The notes: generated by a model from the letters alone, not told the origin. Numbered from the stretch's first letter, positions 25,509-34,851 are shown. The stretch is DNA of 62,423 nt from Pseudomonadota bacterium (GCA_021808365.1 JAKBBU010000004.1:1-62423); one strand, 5' to 3'. Made by a program: numbers and translations.

Positions 25509-28253
25509 ATGAAAACCTATCCATCTTTACCTACCTTAAAGGTTAAAACCATGAGATTACTGATAATAATATTACTTCTTGCGATTTCCACCACTAGCTT
25601 CGCGGCTTCCTCCGTTAACCCCGTTATTACCCCCCAGCAACCCGTTATTGTTTCCACCCCTGGTTCCACATTCAGCCTGACCCCAACGCCTGGAGATGCT
25701 TCAGTCCAATATTTAAGCCAAATTTTTGGGCAAGTGGGCAATGTGTTGACGGGTACAAATGACACATTGATTGCTCAAGTTTTCTACGGTTTTAACTATG
25801 CTGTTATTTTCCTCGCCTGTATTTTGATCGTTTACACCCTGTTTGTCAGTATTCTCAATACAGCCCAAGACGGCGAAATGATGGGCAAAAAATGGAGTTC
25901 TATTTGGGTGCCCTTGCGAATGGTTGCAGGTTTAGCACTTCTCCTACCTGTTTCTGCCGGTTATAGCGCCATGCAGGTGATTGTGATGTGGGTTGTACTC
26001 CAAGGTGTTGGCGCAGCTGACAGCATTTGGGGCATTGCCGTAAAAGGATTAACCAATAATCAAGGAACCTTCAATCCGCCTACCCTTACCTCGGAAGAGG
26101 GCATGAAGACCTCACGCAATGCCTTCGCAGCGTCAGAATCTCTTCTTAACTTTCAAGTTTGCATGAATGTCCTTAATCAAGTCTACAGTGAAAATACAGG
26201 ATCGGGCTCTTCTTGCCAAGTTGTACCCATCAGTAACACAACCAACGAATATCAAATTTCATGTTCCGAGACAATTTTTATACCTGAAGAAGAAGGTGGT
26301 GGCTCGAATGTCTTAATGAATTGTGGGACAATTACACCCGACTATTCTAGTATTTCAACGAATTATCCCAATCTAGAACCTGGTGGAGGACCCAGCAATT
26401 TTCAGATTTACACAGGCGTTCAAACGGGGCTTTCACAAATGTTGGCGGCCATTACTCCAGCAGCCCAGGCCATCACCAACGATGTCGCCGCAGTATCTTA
26501 CAACAACTCTCCCATTACCATCATCCCGGAAAACGCGATTAGCACAGGCGCTACCGATTATACCGCCCCAGTGACTCAAGCGATAACCAACTATATCATT
26601 GCCGTAGGTAAAGAAAATCCACAAAAACTTTTCAACGCTATGAAAAGCATCACTCAGCAGCTCATCAGTGATTATAACCTTCCAATCAATACAGAAAGTG
26701 ATCTAGGTGCAAAATATCCGCCCTGTAATGCAACTCAGGAGCAAGAAGTTATTAACGACGTTAAAAGTGATATGAAAGAATTTCCCAACTTGTATCAGGG
26801 CAACGACATAAGCTATTCAGAGTTTCAAACTCACATGAATACAATTGTTAACCGATATGGCTGCGACCCTCTTCCTAATGATCATCCTAAGAATACAACC
26901 AGCAAAATGGAATCAACAGGTTGGTTTGATGCAGGACAATATTATCTCGTTTTAGCTGAGCGCAGTTTCGTGAAAGCTAATGCGAGTAACATTGCTATGG
27001 GGGGGAGATATAATACCTATGGACACGGAAGTATTGAACTCCAATATACTGGGGAACCTGCAATTGCTGGTGTTAATCTAGTCCCCTACCAAGATGCGGT
27101 TAATAAATATGCCTCTATCGAGCGCTCTAGTATACGCAACAGTCTACCTAAGACGGCTCCTGTTTGGATGGGTGAAAGCTCATTAAATGCCCCTAATAGT
27201 GGAGACCCCTCTGATGCCATGGTAAATAGTATTAACCAAGCAATGGGGCAATGGTCAGCTTTGTATGCGCAGCTGTCAGGTTATGTTTATATGCACCAAT
27301 CATATATTTCAGAGAGCGGCGGTTCATCAAGTTGTGGGCTGGGGATATTTTGTAGTCATTCCTGGACTGCTTATCATTTCGGCAATGGACGAAAACGATT
27401 CCAGGACCCCTTTATTGCAATTCAGAATTTTGGAACTTATCTGATTTATGATGCTGTACAAGGATTTAAAAACACTGGGCTTTGGTTCAGTTCCACAGAA
27501 GCTGAAGAATGGTGGAAATATGCACTTCCTGGCGGAAGTATTTGGGGGAATCAAGCTATTGACGATATGATTGCAGCAGCTTGGTATCTGCCTGTCGGTG
27601 TTGCCATATTAGGTGCTATGCTGTCAGCCGGAATTATGATGGGTGTTTATATGCCCTTGATACCCTTTATTTTATTTACATTAGGTGCTATTGGTTGGTT
27701 ATTGGGTGTTGTTGAAGCAATGGTTGCTGCCCCCATCGTTTGCTTTGGTTTAATGCATCCTAATGGGCAAAATGAGGTAGTCAGCAAGGCTGAACCCGCC
27801 GTGATGTTGCTGATCAACACCTTTATTCGGCCTGGACTGATGGTTGTGGGGCTATTAGTCAGCTTGGGGCTCGTCTATGTTTGTATCAGCGTAATTAACG
27901 ATGGTTTTGCAACAGTACTCTCTAGTTTAGTCACCTTCGGTGCACGCACATCAGGAGCTTTCGTCGCAGCCGCTTTCATGGGAATTTATGGGCTTCTCTT
28001 AGTTTTAGTCGTTCAAAAATGTTTCTCCCTTGTTTCTTTAATTCCAGATAGCGTGTTACGGTGGATACAAGGTGGCGAGGCTGCACGTGAACAATTTGGC
28101 GCATTTGACCAAATTGGCGAACAAATGGGCCAAAAAGTGGGCAGCGCTGCAAGCTCTGCAGGTCAAGCTGCTGGCCAATCTTCCACTCAACAAGCCAGCG
28201 GTGAAGAACAGATTGCCGGAAATGCACAGAAGAAGGAAGATGGTCTATTTTAG
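25509..28253 (+). CDS. dotA: Dot/Icm polytopic membrane protein DotA
   Basis: About 915 aa. A signal-like N-terminus is followed by DASVQYLSQIFGQVGNVLTG, a large periplasmic domain between TM segments, and a C-terminal cluster of TM helices. It sits among icmV/W/X. Alternative starts are at 25479 (TTG) and 25551. Confidence 0.85.
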   Translation: MKTYPSLPTLKVKTMRLLIIILLLAISTTSFAASSVNPVITPQQPVIVSTPGSTFSLTPTPGDASVQYLSQIFGQVGNVLTGTNDTLIAQVFYGFNYAVIFLACILIVYTLFVSILNTAQDGEMMGKKWSSIWVPLRMVAGLALLLPVSAGYSAMQVIVMWVVLQGVGAADSIWGIAVKGLTNNQGTFNPPTLTSEEGMKTSRNAFAASESLLNFQVCMNVLNQVYSENTGSGSSCQVVPISNTTNEYQISCSETIFIPEEEGGGSNVLMNCGTITPDYSSISTNYPNLEPGGGPSNFQIYTGVQTGLSQMLAAITPAAQAITNDVAAVSYNNSPITIIPENAISTGATDYTAPVTQAITNYIIAVGKENPQKLFNAMKSITQQLISDYNLPINTESDLGAKYPPCNATQEQEVINDVKSDMKEFPNLYQGNDISYSEFQTHMNTIVNRYGCDPLPNDHPKNTTSKMESTGWFDAGQYYLVLAERSFVKANASNIAMGGRYNTYGHGSIELQYTGEPAIAGVNLVPYQDAVNKYASIERSSIRNSLPKTAPVWMGESSLNAPNSGDPSDAMVNSINQAMGQWSALYAQLSGYVYMHQSYISESGGSSSCGLGIFCSHSWTAYHFGNGRKRFQDPFIAIQNFGTYLIYDAVQGFKNTGLWFSSTEAEEWWKYALPGGSIWGNQAIDDMIAAAWYLPVGVAILGAMLSAGIMMGVYMPLIPFILFTLGAIGWLLGVVEAMVAAPIVCFGLMHPNGQNEVVSKAEPAVMLLINTFIRPGLMVVGLLVSLGLVYVCISVINDGFATVLSSLVTFGARTSGAFVAAAFMGIYGLLLVLVVQKCFSLVSLIPDSVLRWIQGGEAAREQFGAFDQIGEQMGQKVGSAASSAGQAAGQSSTQQASGEEQIAGNAQKKEDGLF

Positions 28254-28336
28254 GTTTAAAGTGGTGTACCCCTTGATGTTGCAAGATCCAAGGGGTCAAG
28301 TACAATGATGCTAAGTCTTAAGGAAAAAACTTTAAA

Positions 28337-28921
28337 ATGGGTCACCTGAAAATATCGCGATTGTTTTTTTTATTCAGCCTGTTCTGTATTCAGACAAGTA
28401 TTTTTGCGGCACCTTCTGATCAAGCACAGAAAGTGTGCTCTAGTCAAAACATTGCGATCAGTCACTATAATATCCTTGTTGCAAAAGGCGTATTTACTAT
28501 CAAGCCAACACGCGCTCCTTTTTCATCGGGCATTTGGATCAGCGGTTCGTGTAAAGCACTTAAAGCAATTAAAATCCAAACGAATGGGAATCAGCTGACA
28601 ATTGCTTCACCTTCGCCCAAATTAAGTTCTACGAATGATCAAGCTTCGGCAGTATCCATTGAAGTTCCTGTTGGAAATATACCCTCACTCACAGTTACTT
28701 TAGAAGGTAAGGCTGAATTCATTATGGGTAATATCGGTTTGAAAAAACTCAATATCCAAACAAAAGATGAGTCCCATGCACAAGTAACTGCCAGTAATTG
28801 GCTGAATATGATTGCTTTAAATCACAGTAGTATTTATTTTACTGGCAGACCCAAGCATGTTGATGCACAATCTTATGATCAAAGCACGTTAGTTTCTCTG
28901 TTACCTCCTGAGTATTATTAG
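28337..28921 (+). CDS. Hypothetical secreted protein embedded between dotA and icmW
   Basis: 194 aa with the signal peptide LFFLFSLFCIQTSIFA. The rest looks beta-rich and repetitive. I do not recognise a family with confidence. Confidence 0.55.
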   Translation: MGHLKISRLFFLFSLFCIQTSIFAAPSDQAQKVCSSQNIAISHYNILVAKGVFTIKPTRAPFSSGIWISGSCKALKAIKIQTNGNQLTIASPSPKLSSTNDQASAVSIEVPVGNIPSLTVTLEGKAEFIMGNIGLKKLNIQTKDESHAQVTASNWLNMIALNHSSIYFTGRPKHVDAQSYDQSTLVSLLPPEYY

Positions 28922-28930
28922 GACTGAATT

Positions 28931-29386
28931 ATGCCCGATCTCTCACGTAAAGCCGTTCATGAATTTTGGTCAGGTTATCAAGATAACTCTGTTTACAGAG
29001 TCATCTGTTTCTTAGAAGGCGTTGAAACCTGGACCTTAGATGGCAACCCTGATATTGAAAAAGCCCTGGATGAACTTGGATCAACACTCGACAGCATTGG
29101 AAATTTTGATCTGGGCGTACAGCAGGATATCGTCTCTGCTGGCAGCCATTTGACGACAGGACGAATCTTACGACTTTTGCAAACCCTAGATGCCGCGAAC
29201 CCAGGCGCAGCTTCACGTGTCTTAATCCATGCAGAGGAATCAAGTCGTCGCCAAGATGATATCGCTTCTCTTTTTCTAAGACGTAATATCGCCTTTGAAC
29301 GGTTGCGTTTAATTGGTCGCGTTTTTTCTAAAGAACGCTTCGCCTTACTTGCAAAAGCACTTGAAGGTGAAGATTCTGCTGAGTAA
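28931..29386 (+). CDS. icmW: Dot/Icm type IV adaptor/chaperone IcmW
   Basis: 151 aa. The sequence reads MPDLS...YRVICFLEGVETWTLDGNPDIEKALDELG...LRLLQTLDAANPGAASRVLIHAEE...FLRRNIAFERLRLIGRVF, very close to L. pneumophila IcmW as I remember it. Confidence 0.9.
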   Translation: MPDLSRKAVHEFWSGYQDNSVYRVICFLEGVETWTLDGNPDIEKALDELGSTLDSIGNFDLGVQQDIVSAGSHLTTGRILRLLQTLDAANPGAASRVLIHAEESSRRQDDIASLFLRRNIAFERLRLIGRVFSKERFALLAKALEGEDSAE

Positions 29387-29413
29387 CCCACTCTAATTTT
29401 GAGGTTCCATTTT

Positions 29414-29854
29414 ATGTTTAAAAAAATCATATTGATATCATTATTAGCGACTTTCACACAACATACCTTTGCTGCAGATGTGGCAAATATAGGTAATGGT
29501 GAGCAAACAGTACCTTCCTACACAAAAGAAACAACTTACGTTCAAAACCTTTATACGTCAATTTCAAATGGCAGTATCACACCAACTCCCGTTTATTCAA
29601 CAGGGGCTATTAATGTTTATTTTGCGGAGTTAGCAAGTAAAGTGCTTGGCGATCAATCTTCTCTTTCGACAACTCCTACACATTTAAATGCGAATCCGAT
29701 GCTATTAAAGTCTAAAACTACTTCAACCACGACCACAAACATAATGCCACCATCACCCCCATCTCCCATCCCGTCAATCCCATCTGAAACATCCAACAAC
29801 ACAGGGACAACAACAAACAACCAACCCCCATTACCTGTCGGTTTTGGAAATTAA
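29414..29854 (+). CDS. Hypothetical secreted Pro/Thr/Ser-rich protein between icmW and icmX
   Basis: 146 aa counted from the ATG at 29414. The signal peptide is MFKKIILISLLATFTQHTFA and the C-terminus is low complexity (TTSTTTTNIMPPSPPSPIPSIPSE). Confidence 0.5.
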   Translation: MFKKIILISLLATFTQHTFAADVANIGNGEQTVPSYTKETTYVQNLYTSISNGSITPTPVYSTGAINVYFAELASKVLGDQSSLSTTPTHLNANPMLLKSKTTSTTTTNIMPPSPPSPIPSIPSETSNNTGTTTNNQPPLPVGFGN

Positions 29855-29866
29855 GAGGAGCCCACC

Positions 29867-31108
29867 ATGCAAAAAAACGTAAAAAAAGCGGTATTTTCCG
29901 CTGTTGCTCTTATGATCTTGTCAGCGTCGAGCGCAAACGCGCAAACAAGCTATAACTCAACGCCAGGCACACCAAACACGGACGTACAAACAGCAGCAGG
30001 AAATTTATTACAACAAATCAATAATGGTGTCTACCAAATTCAACAGGATGTCAATAATGGATTCATGAACCTTAGCCAAGAAATTATGCTATTCAGTCGA
30101 TACATTAGTGATCTTGTTCATCAAACTGTAACCACGGGCGGCCACTTAATGTTTACCGTATCACCCGACCTACAAACAACGATGAGTTCCAACTATGGCG
30201 AAGGTGTTGCAAATCCAGTCGCTGTTGGGATGGCCTACCATCGAACCAATCAAGAACTTAATGAAATTATTTCAACGAATTCGAATACGCTCACCGTCTT
30301 AGGAAGACAAACAAGACTTGCAACCTTAGTCCCAGCCCCAAGTAGTACGAACCAAACAGAACAATTGTCATTAAGCGATGAAAAAAGAAATGATGTTCTT
30401 TATGCACCGATGAATCTCGACAGTCTTTTGGCGCCAGATAGTTACTTTACCAACGATGAGCAAGCAAATGCCCAAGCTTTTATTAAGTATGTCAGTTATG
30501 CAACAACCCCTTTCTTTAATCTCTCCCCCCTTTATTTTGCAAATAACTACCTTCCTGTACAACAATACCGTGCCTACTATGGAACTTATGCGGCTTTACA
30601 ATCCATTGGTTTAAGTAATTTTAATGAGCTTTTTTACCAACGTCAGCCTCAAAAAGGATTAGGCACACTTGCCGGCCTCGATTCTTCGCATCCTGATGCG
30701 AGCGTACAACAAGTCGAACACCATATGATCGTTGAACGAGGATTGAACCCGCAATGGTATGCGGAAATGGAAACCGCCCCACCTGCTACAATCGAACGCG
30801 AATCTCTTTACAGTCTAGCGGCCATCCAAGTTGAGTTATACAATAACAATCAGCTTTTACAAAGGTTGCTTACCACGGTATCGGCTATACAACTCACACA
30901 AACTCAAACTGAGGTAAGGCACAACCTTTCATCTCTACAACAAACTGTTGTTACGGATGCTCAAATGAAAAATAACAATCCCATTGACTTTGATAGATTA
31001 ATGAATGCTAATAATCCGTCCTCGCCTACGACACCAACCTCGCCCACACCAGGTGGGGTGGGTGTCGCCCCTGGCAATAATGTGGTTCAACCGCCGCAAC
31101 CGCAGTAG
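29867..31108 (+). CDS. icmX: Dot/Icm periplasmic protein IcmX
   Basis: 413 aa with a signal peptide (LMILSASSANA). It takes the position downstream of icmW that icmX occupies in other Dot/Icm loci. The sequence-level assignment was not verified. Confidence 0.7.
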   Translation: MQKNVKKAVFSAVALMILSASSANAQTSYNSTPGTPNTDVQTAAGNLLQQINNGVYQIQQDVNNGFMNLSQEIMLFSRYISDLVHQTVTTGGHLMFTVSPDLQTTMSSNYGEGVANPVAVGMAYHRTNQELNEIISTNSNTLTVLGRQTRLATLVPAPSSTNQTEQLSLSDEKRNDVLYAPMNLDSLLAPDSYFTNDEQANAQAFIKYVSYATTPFFNLSPLYFANNYLPVQQYRAYYGTYAALQSIGLSNFNELFYQRQPQKGLGTLAGLDSSHPDASVQQVEHHMIVERGLNPQWYAEMETAPPATIERESLYSLAAIQVELYNNNQLLQRLLTTVSAIQLTQTQTEVRHNLSSLQQTVVTDAQMKNNNPIDFDRLMNANNPSSPTTPTSPTPGGVGVAPGNNVVQPPQPQ

Positions 31109-31112
31109 AGTG

Positions 31113-31922
31113 TCAGCCATAAGCCCGTGGGCTACGCTCATACTCAAGCGCCGTGATCTGAGCTTGAATGGTCGGTGGCGCTGACATATGCATCGTATTT
31201 TTCAACACAAAATCATTAATATTCCCAAGCAATTTAGAAACAGCTCGATTTGCAGCAATCACACCGCCGTAGGGTGTATCTTCTGGGGCAACCTCAACAT
31301 CGCGAAATTTTTCAGATGTTAATGTTCGATGCGTATGCAGATCAACCAATGTCACGGAAAGACCAACCACCTCACGGCTCGGTTTTACAGTAAAGTCTTG
31401 GTAGAGATCTGTTAAATTCGCATCCAATCGTACATCACTAAATCCTGCATAGGGCGTTTCAGCAACTGCCCTGAAACGATGTGTATTTTGCAAAGATTCC
31501 ACCAATAAAGGCCCTAACATCGCAGAAGGTGAACTTACCCAACGATTTTCAGTAAAATAAGCTAATTCATAGCGTTGTTTAACATAGGCCATCGCATTAC
31601 TTTCATAACCAGGTACGGTCTCAGGAATTGAAACCAACATCGTCATATTTGAAGATTTAACGGGCGCGCTTTGTGGTGCAACGGCCGTTAAACGATAACT
31701 GTTCATCGGCGTAATATCGACCGGCGACATGATAGAACAGCCAGAAAGTAGTGCACTTGCTACAACACAGAAATTGTGCAAAAGACGAAAACGAAAAAAA
31801 CCAAGTATTTTGCGCAAGTTCAAGGCGCGCGTCTTTCGAGCAACGGAGTTTATAGGCGGATAAATGAGTAGCGCAGAAAGGCGCGCAACACAGAAATTGC
31901 GCAAAAGACGAAGGTTTTTCAT
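31113..31922 (-). CDS. ABC-type (Mla/Mce) transport auxiliary lipoprotein (DUF330-like) with a 41-codon in-frame insertion in the signal-peptide region
   Basis: The lipobox LLSGCS lies about 60 codons into the ORF. It is the last gene of the permease-ATPase-MlaD operon and makes an ATGA overlap with the MlaD-like gene. An alternative TTG start at 31819 would give (M)RKILGFFRFRLLHNFCVVASALLSGC. Confidence 0.65.
   Translation of the reverse strand: MKNLRLLRNFCVARLSALLIYPPINSVARKTRALNLRKILGFFRFRLLHNFCVVASALLSGCSIMSPVDITPMNSYRLTAVAPQSAPVKSSNMTMLVSIPETVPGYESNAMAYVKQRYELAYFTENRWVSSPSAMLGPLLVESLQNTHRFRAVAETPYAGFSDVRLDANLTDLYQDFTVKPSREVVGLSVTLVDLHTHRTLTSEKFRDVEVAPEDTPYGGVIAANRAVSKLLGNINDFVLKNTMHMSAPPTIQAQITALEYERSPRAYG
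31790..31885 (-). repeat. About 96-bp repeat element inserted in the lipoprotein gene, flanked by a 27-bp direct duplication
   Basis: The direct repeats caacacagaaattgYgcaaaagacgaa lie at 31763-31789 and 31886-31912 (26/27). The interior, read as its reverse complement, aligns with the element at 32821-32909 (tttctgcgct...tcattta...taaactccg...ctcgaaa...gcct.aa.ct.gcg). Confidence 0.75.
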
Positions 31923-32791
31923 GGTTTTTTCTCTCCAGGGCCAGGAGGCAACGGCTTCTTGCCGCGTAACAAGACAGCTGGATTTTGCTGCAACAACATA
32001 TTTAATTGCTGAATACTAACAAGCAACTGACGCAAATCAGCCAAGGCCATGACCGTTTCTGGCATCGCTTGATCAGCCAAGCCTTGTAAGGCAACACGGC
32101 CATCTTGCATCGTTAAACTTACTTGATTACTGGCTTGTTCAACAGAACCCGACATCCCTTGCAAAGACTGCGCAGCTTTATTGAAATTATCGATTGTTTT
32201 TGGCATTTCCTCGCTTGTTTTTGAAAGATTGGTGATTAAAATATCCAATTTTTCAGAATCGAGTGCAAAAACAGATGTTACTTTTTGCAAATTAGCCATG
32301 GTTTTGCTTATATTTGCAATATTTTCAGGGCTCAGTAATTCTCTAAAACTCGCACCCATATTGTTGAGGCTAAATGGAACCTCCGTACGAAGGACCGCAA
32401 ACTTTTCACCTTTCTGTGGAAGTAAACGAGGCGCTTGCGGACTCCCGCCTAGCAACTCAACATAGGCTATGCCTGTCAATCCTTGGCTTTGCAAGCGCGC
32501 AATGCTATCGCTGGAAATAAACACTCTACTTTCAATTTTCATTTCCAACAACACGGCTTGATGATTGCTGGGCACAAGATGGATCGCTGAAACATAGCCA
32601 ACAGGAACACCGTTATAACGCACAACAGCATTATCATTTAACCCAGAAACAGAGCCTCTAAAATAGGCCAAATACGTCGTATACTTTTGACTGTGAAGCC
32701 CAAAAGATAACCAAATGGCAATCAAAATAAAGAGTGTTCCGAAGAGGATGACAAAGGCGCCGACTCTTGTATAATTAACTTTCGTTTCCAT
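31919..32791 (-). CDS. MlaD/Mce-family substrate-binding protein of an ABC transporter
   Basis: An N-terminal TM helix precedes the MCE domain (VRYNGVPVGYVSAIHL) and a C-terminal coiled region. Confidence 0.85.
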   Translation of the reverse strand: METKVNYTRVGAFVILFGTLFILIAIWLSFGLHSQKYTTYLAYFRGSVSGLNDNAVVRYNGVPVGYVSAIHLVPSNHQAVLLEMKIESRVFISSDSIARLQSQGLTGIAYVELLGGSPQAPRLLPQKGEKFAVLRTEVPFSLNNMGASFRELLSPENIANISKTMANLQKVTSVFALDSEKLDILITNLSKTSEEMPKTIDNFNKAAQSLQGMSGSVEQASNQVSLTMQDGRVALQGLADQAMPETVMALADLRQLLVSIQQLNMLLQQNPAVLLRGKKPLPPGPGEKKP

Positions 32792-32938
32792 AAAAACCTG
32801 TTTAAAATTCTACTATCTTGGGCACAAATCGCCGTTTTTCTGCGCTCCGCTGCTCATTTACAACCCAGTAAACTCCGCTGCAGTGCTCGAAAAATCAACG
32901 ATTTTTGCCTCAAGCTAGCGAATTTTAAACAGGTTTTT
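32792..32938. repeat. 147-bp palindromic element between the ABC ATPase and the MlaD-like gene, with perfect 19-bp outer arms
   Basis: aaaaacctgtttaaaattc (32792-32810) is the exact reverse complement of gaattttaaacaggttttt (32920-32938). The right arm contains the stop and the last codons of the ATPase gene. The core at 32821-32909 is homologous to the insertion at 31790-31885. Confidence 0.8.
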
Positions 32939-33719
32939 CAGTAACTGCTTCTTTTGCCATCATTGTTGCCGCACGTCCGCGCGGGCCTAAAAAGTAATCT
33001 TGTACTAAGGGATGTTGGCAGGAAGTCACTTCCAGCAAGGGCCCTAATGCAAGGACACGACCCTCGCCCAAGAAGGCAATGCGATCCGCTACACGCCAGA
33101 GTGTGTCTAAATCATGGGTCACCAACACAATCGTCACCCCAAGTGATGCGTTTAATTCTAGCACCAAATCATCAATTCCGTTGGCGCTATTCGGATCAAG
33201 ACCTGCTGTAGGCTCATCTAAAAATAATAATTCCGGATCCATCGCTAAAGCCCTTGCGATAGCAACACGTTTAATCATGCCTCCGCTTAATTCAGAAGGA
33301 AATCGTGAACCCACATCGCGATCTAATCCCACTAAACTTAATTTCAAGAGTGCTAACTCTTGAATAAGCGAGGGGGATAATGTTGTAAATTCCCGTAAGG
33401 GAAAACCGATATTTTCTAACACATTTAATGAACTAAAAAGGGCGCCTTGTTGAAACATCACGCCAAATCGCCGACGTAGGATATTCTCATTGCCATAATC
33501 AGGACGCGTAATTTCTTCGCCCAAAACGCGGATCACTCCCCGTGTTGCTTTTTGTAATAATAAAATTTCGCGCAACAATGTGGTTTTACCGGATCCACTT
33601 CCACCCACAATACCAAAAATTTCTTGATCCAAAACTTGAAAACTCACATCTTCATGAACCCATACCTCACCAAACTGTGTGGCCACATGCTCAACGTCGA
33701 TAACCACTTCGCCACTCAT
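32925..33719 (-). CDS. ABC transporter ATP-binding protein (MlaF-like)
   Basis: Walker A GGSGSGKTT, signature LSGGMIKRVAIARAL and Walker B LLFLDEPTAGLD are present. The start was set at the ATGA overlap with the permease; the ORF could also start at 33731. Confidence 0.9.
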   Translation of the reverse strand: MSGEVVIDVEHVATQFGEVWVHEDVSFQVLDQEIFGIVGGSGSGKTTLLREILLLQKATRGVIRVLGEEITRPDYGNENILRRRFGVMFQQGALFSSLNVLENIGFPLREFTTLSPSLIQELALLKLSLVGLDRDVGSRFPSELSGGMIKRVAIARALAMDPELLFLDEPTAGLDPNSANGIDDLVLELNASLGVTIVLVTHDLDTLWRVADRIAFLGEGRVLALGPLLEVTSCQHPLVQDYFLGPRGRAATMMAKEAVTEKPV

Positions 33720-34828
33720 AGATCGTACCAACTGTACACGATCGACATTGCAGCATCGGCAACGATGATTAAAAAGATGGAATGCACAACACTGACCGTT
33801 GTACGTTGTCCAACGCTCTCAGCGCTACCAGAGACTTTGAGTCCTTGAAAACAACCCACCATCGCAATGATCGTCGCAAAAATCGGAACTTTAATCATTC
33901 CCAGTACATACGTTTTTAGCGGAATAGCTTCTTGAAACCGATCAATAAAAGATGTGTAGGGAATTTGCAACATTGATTTTGACACTAACATGCCACCCAC
34001 AACACCGGTAATTTCTGAAACTACTGTGAGCAAAGGCAATACAATGATTAGGGCAAGCATACGCGGCAATAAAAGTAATTCGGTCGAGGATAATCCAAAT
34101 GTCCGCAGCGCATCGATCTCTTCATTAACTTTCATCGTGCCTATCTGCGCCGTAAAGGCTGATCCCGTTCGGCCTGCAATGATGATCGCCGTCAACAAGG
34201 GTGAAAATTCCCGCAGCAAGGAGACGCCTAAAATATCGGCGACATAAATAGTCGCACCATAATTGCGCAATTGAAGTCCCATTTGATAGACCAAGACCAT
34301 ACCAATTAAAAAGGATAACAGCCCTATGATAAAAATAGCGCGAGAACCGGCTGATTCCACAACATTTAATAGCGCAGTCCAACGCAGACGACGAGGCGAA
34401 AGAATAGAGTAAAAAAGAGCCACACAGGTTTCACCAATGAAGGCGAGGAATTCCAACGCTGATTTATAACCTTCCATCGACGCACGTCCAATCGCTTCAA
34501 GCCGTGGTATTTTAGGTCGTGGTTTAGGCAGTACTAAATTTTCCGATTTTTTTTCAACAAGGGTCATTAAGGCGCTTTGTTCGGTATCGAAACCCTGTTT
34601 TTCAAGCGTATAACCTTGTTCGATTAATTGCTGCTCTAATTTATGCAACAAAAAAAGACCGGCGGTATCAACATCTGTGATTTCATTGCCACAAAGAATT
34701 AATGATGTTTTAGATGTTGCAGGTTTCAGGGCAGGAAATTCAATATTGGCAATATTGCGCACCGTCCAAGAGCCCTTGCAATGAAATTTATGTTCTTGTT
34801 CAATCCATTGAAGTTCTGCTGGTTCCAC
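33716..34828 (-). CDS. ABC transporter permease (MlaE-like) with an N-terminal STAS-like domain
   Basis: 370 aa. The C-terminal ~250 aa form a multi-TM MlaE/YrbE-type permease. The N-terminal ~110 aa form a soluble domain. Confidence 0.8.
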   Translation of the reverse strand: MEPAELQWIEQEHKFHCKGSWTVRNIANIEFPALKPATSKTSLILCGNEITDVDTAGLFLLHKLEQQLIEQGYTLEKQGFDTEQSALMTLVEKKSENLVLPKPRPKIPRLEAIGRASMEGYKSALEFLAFIGETCVALFYSILSPRRLRWTALLNVVESAGSRAIFIIGLLSFLIGMVLVYQMGLQLRNYGATIYVADILGVSLLREFSPLLTAIIIAGRTGSAFTAQIGTMKVNEEIDALRTFGLSSTELLLLPRMLALIIVLPLLTVVSEITGVVGGMLVSKSMLQIPYTSFIDRFQEAIPLKTYVLGMIKVPIFATIIAMVGCFQGLKVSGSAESVGQRTTVSVVHSIFLIIVADAAMSIVYSWYDL

Positions 34829-34851
34829 GTTGATACCTTTTTGTTTTATCA

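Noticed and set aside
28993-29457. 154-aa minus-strand ORF opposite icmW (and 29001-29243)
   Set aside because: The plus-strand frame encodes a protein very close to IcmW. The antisense ORF is Arg/Ser-rich, low-complexity shadow sequence.
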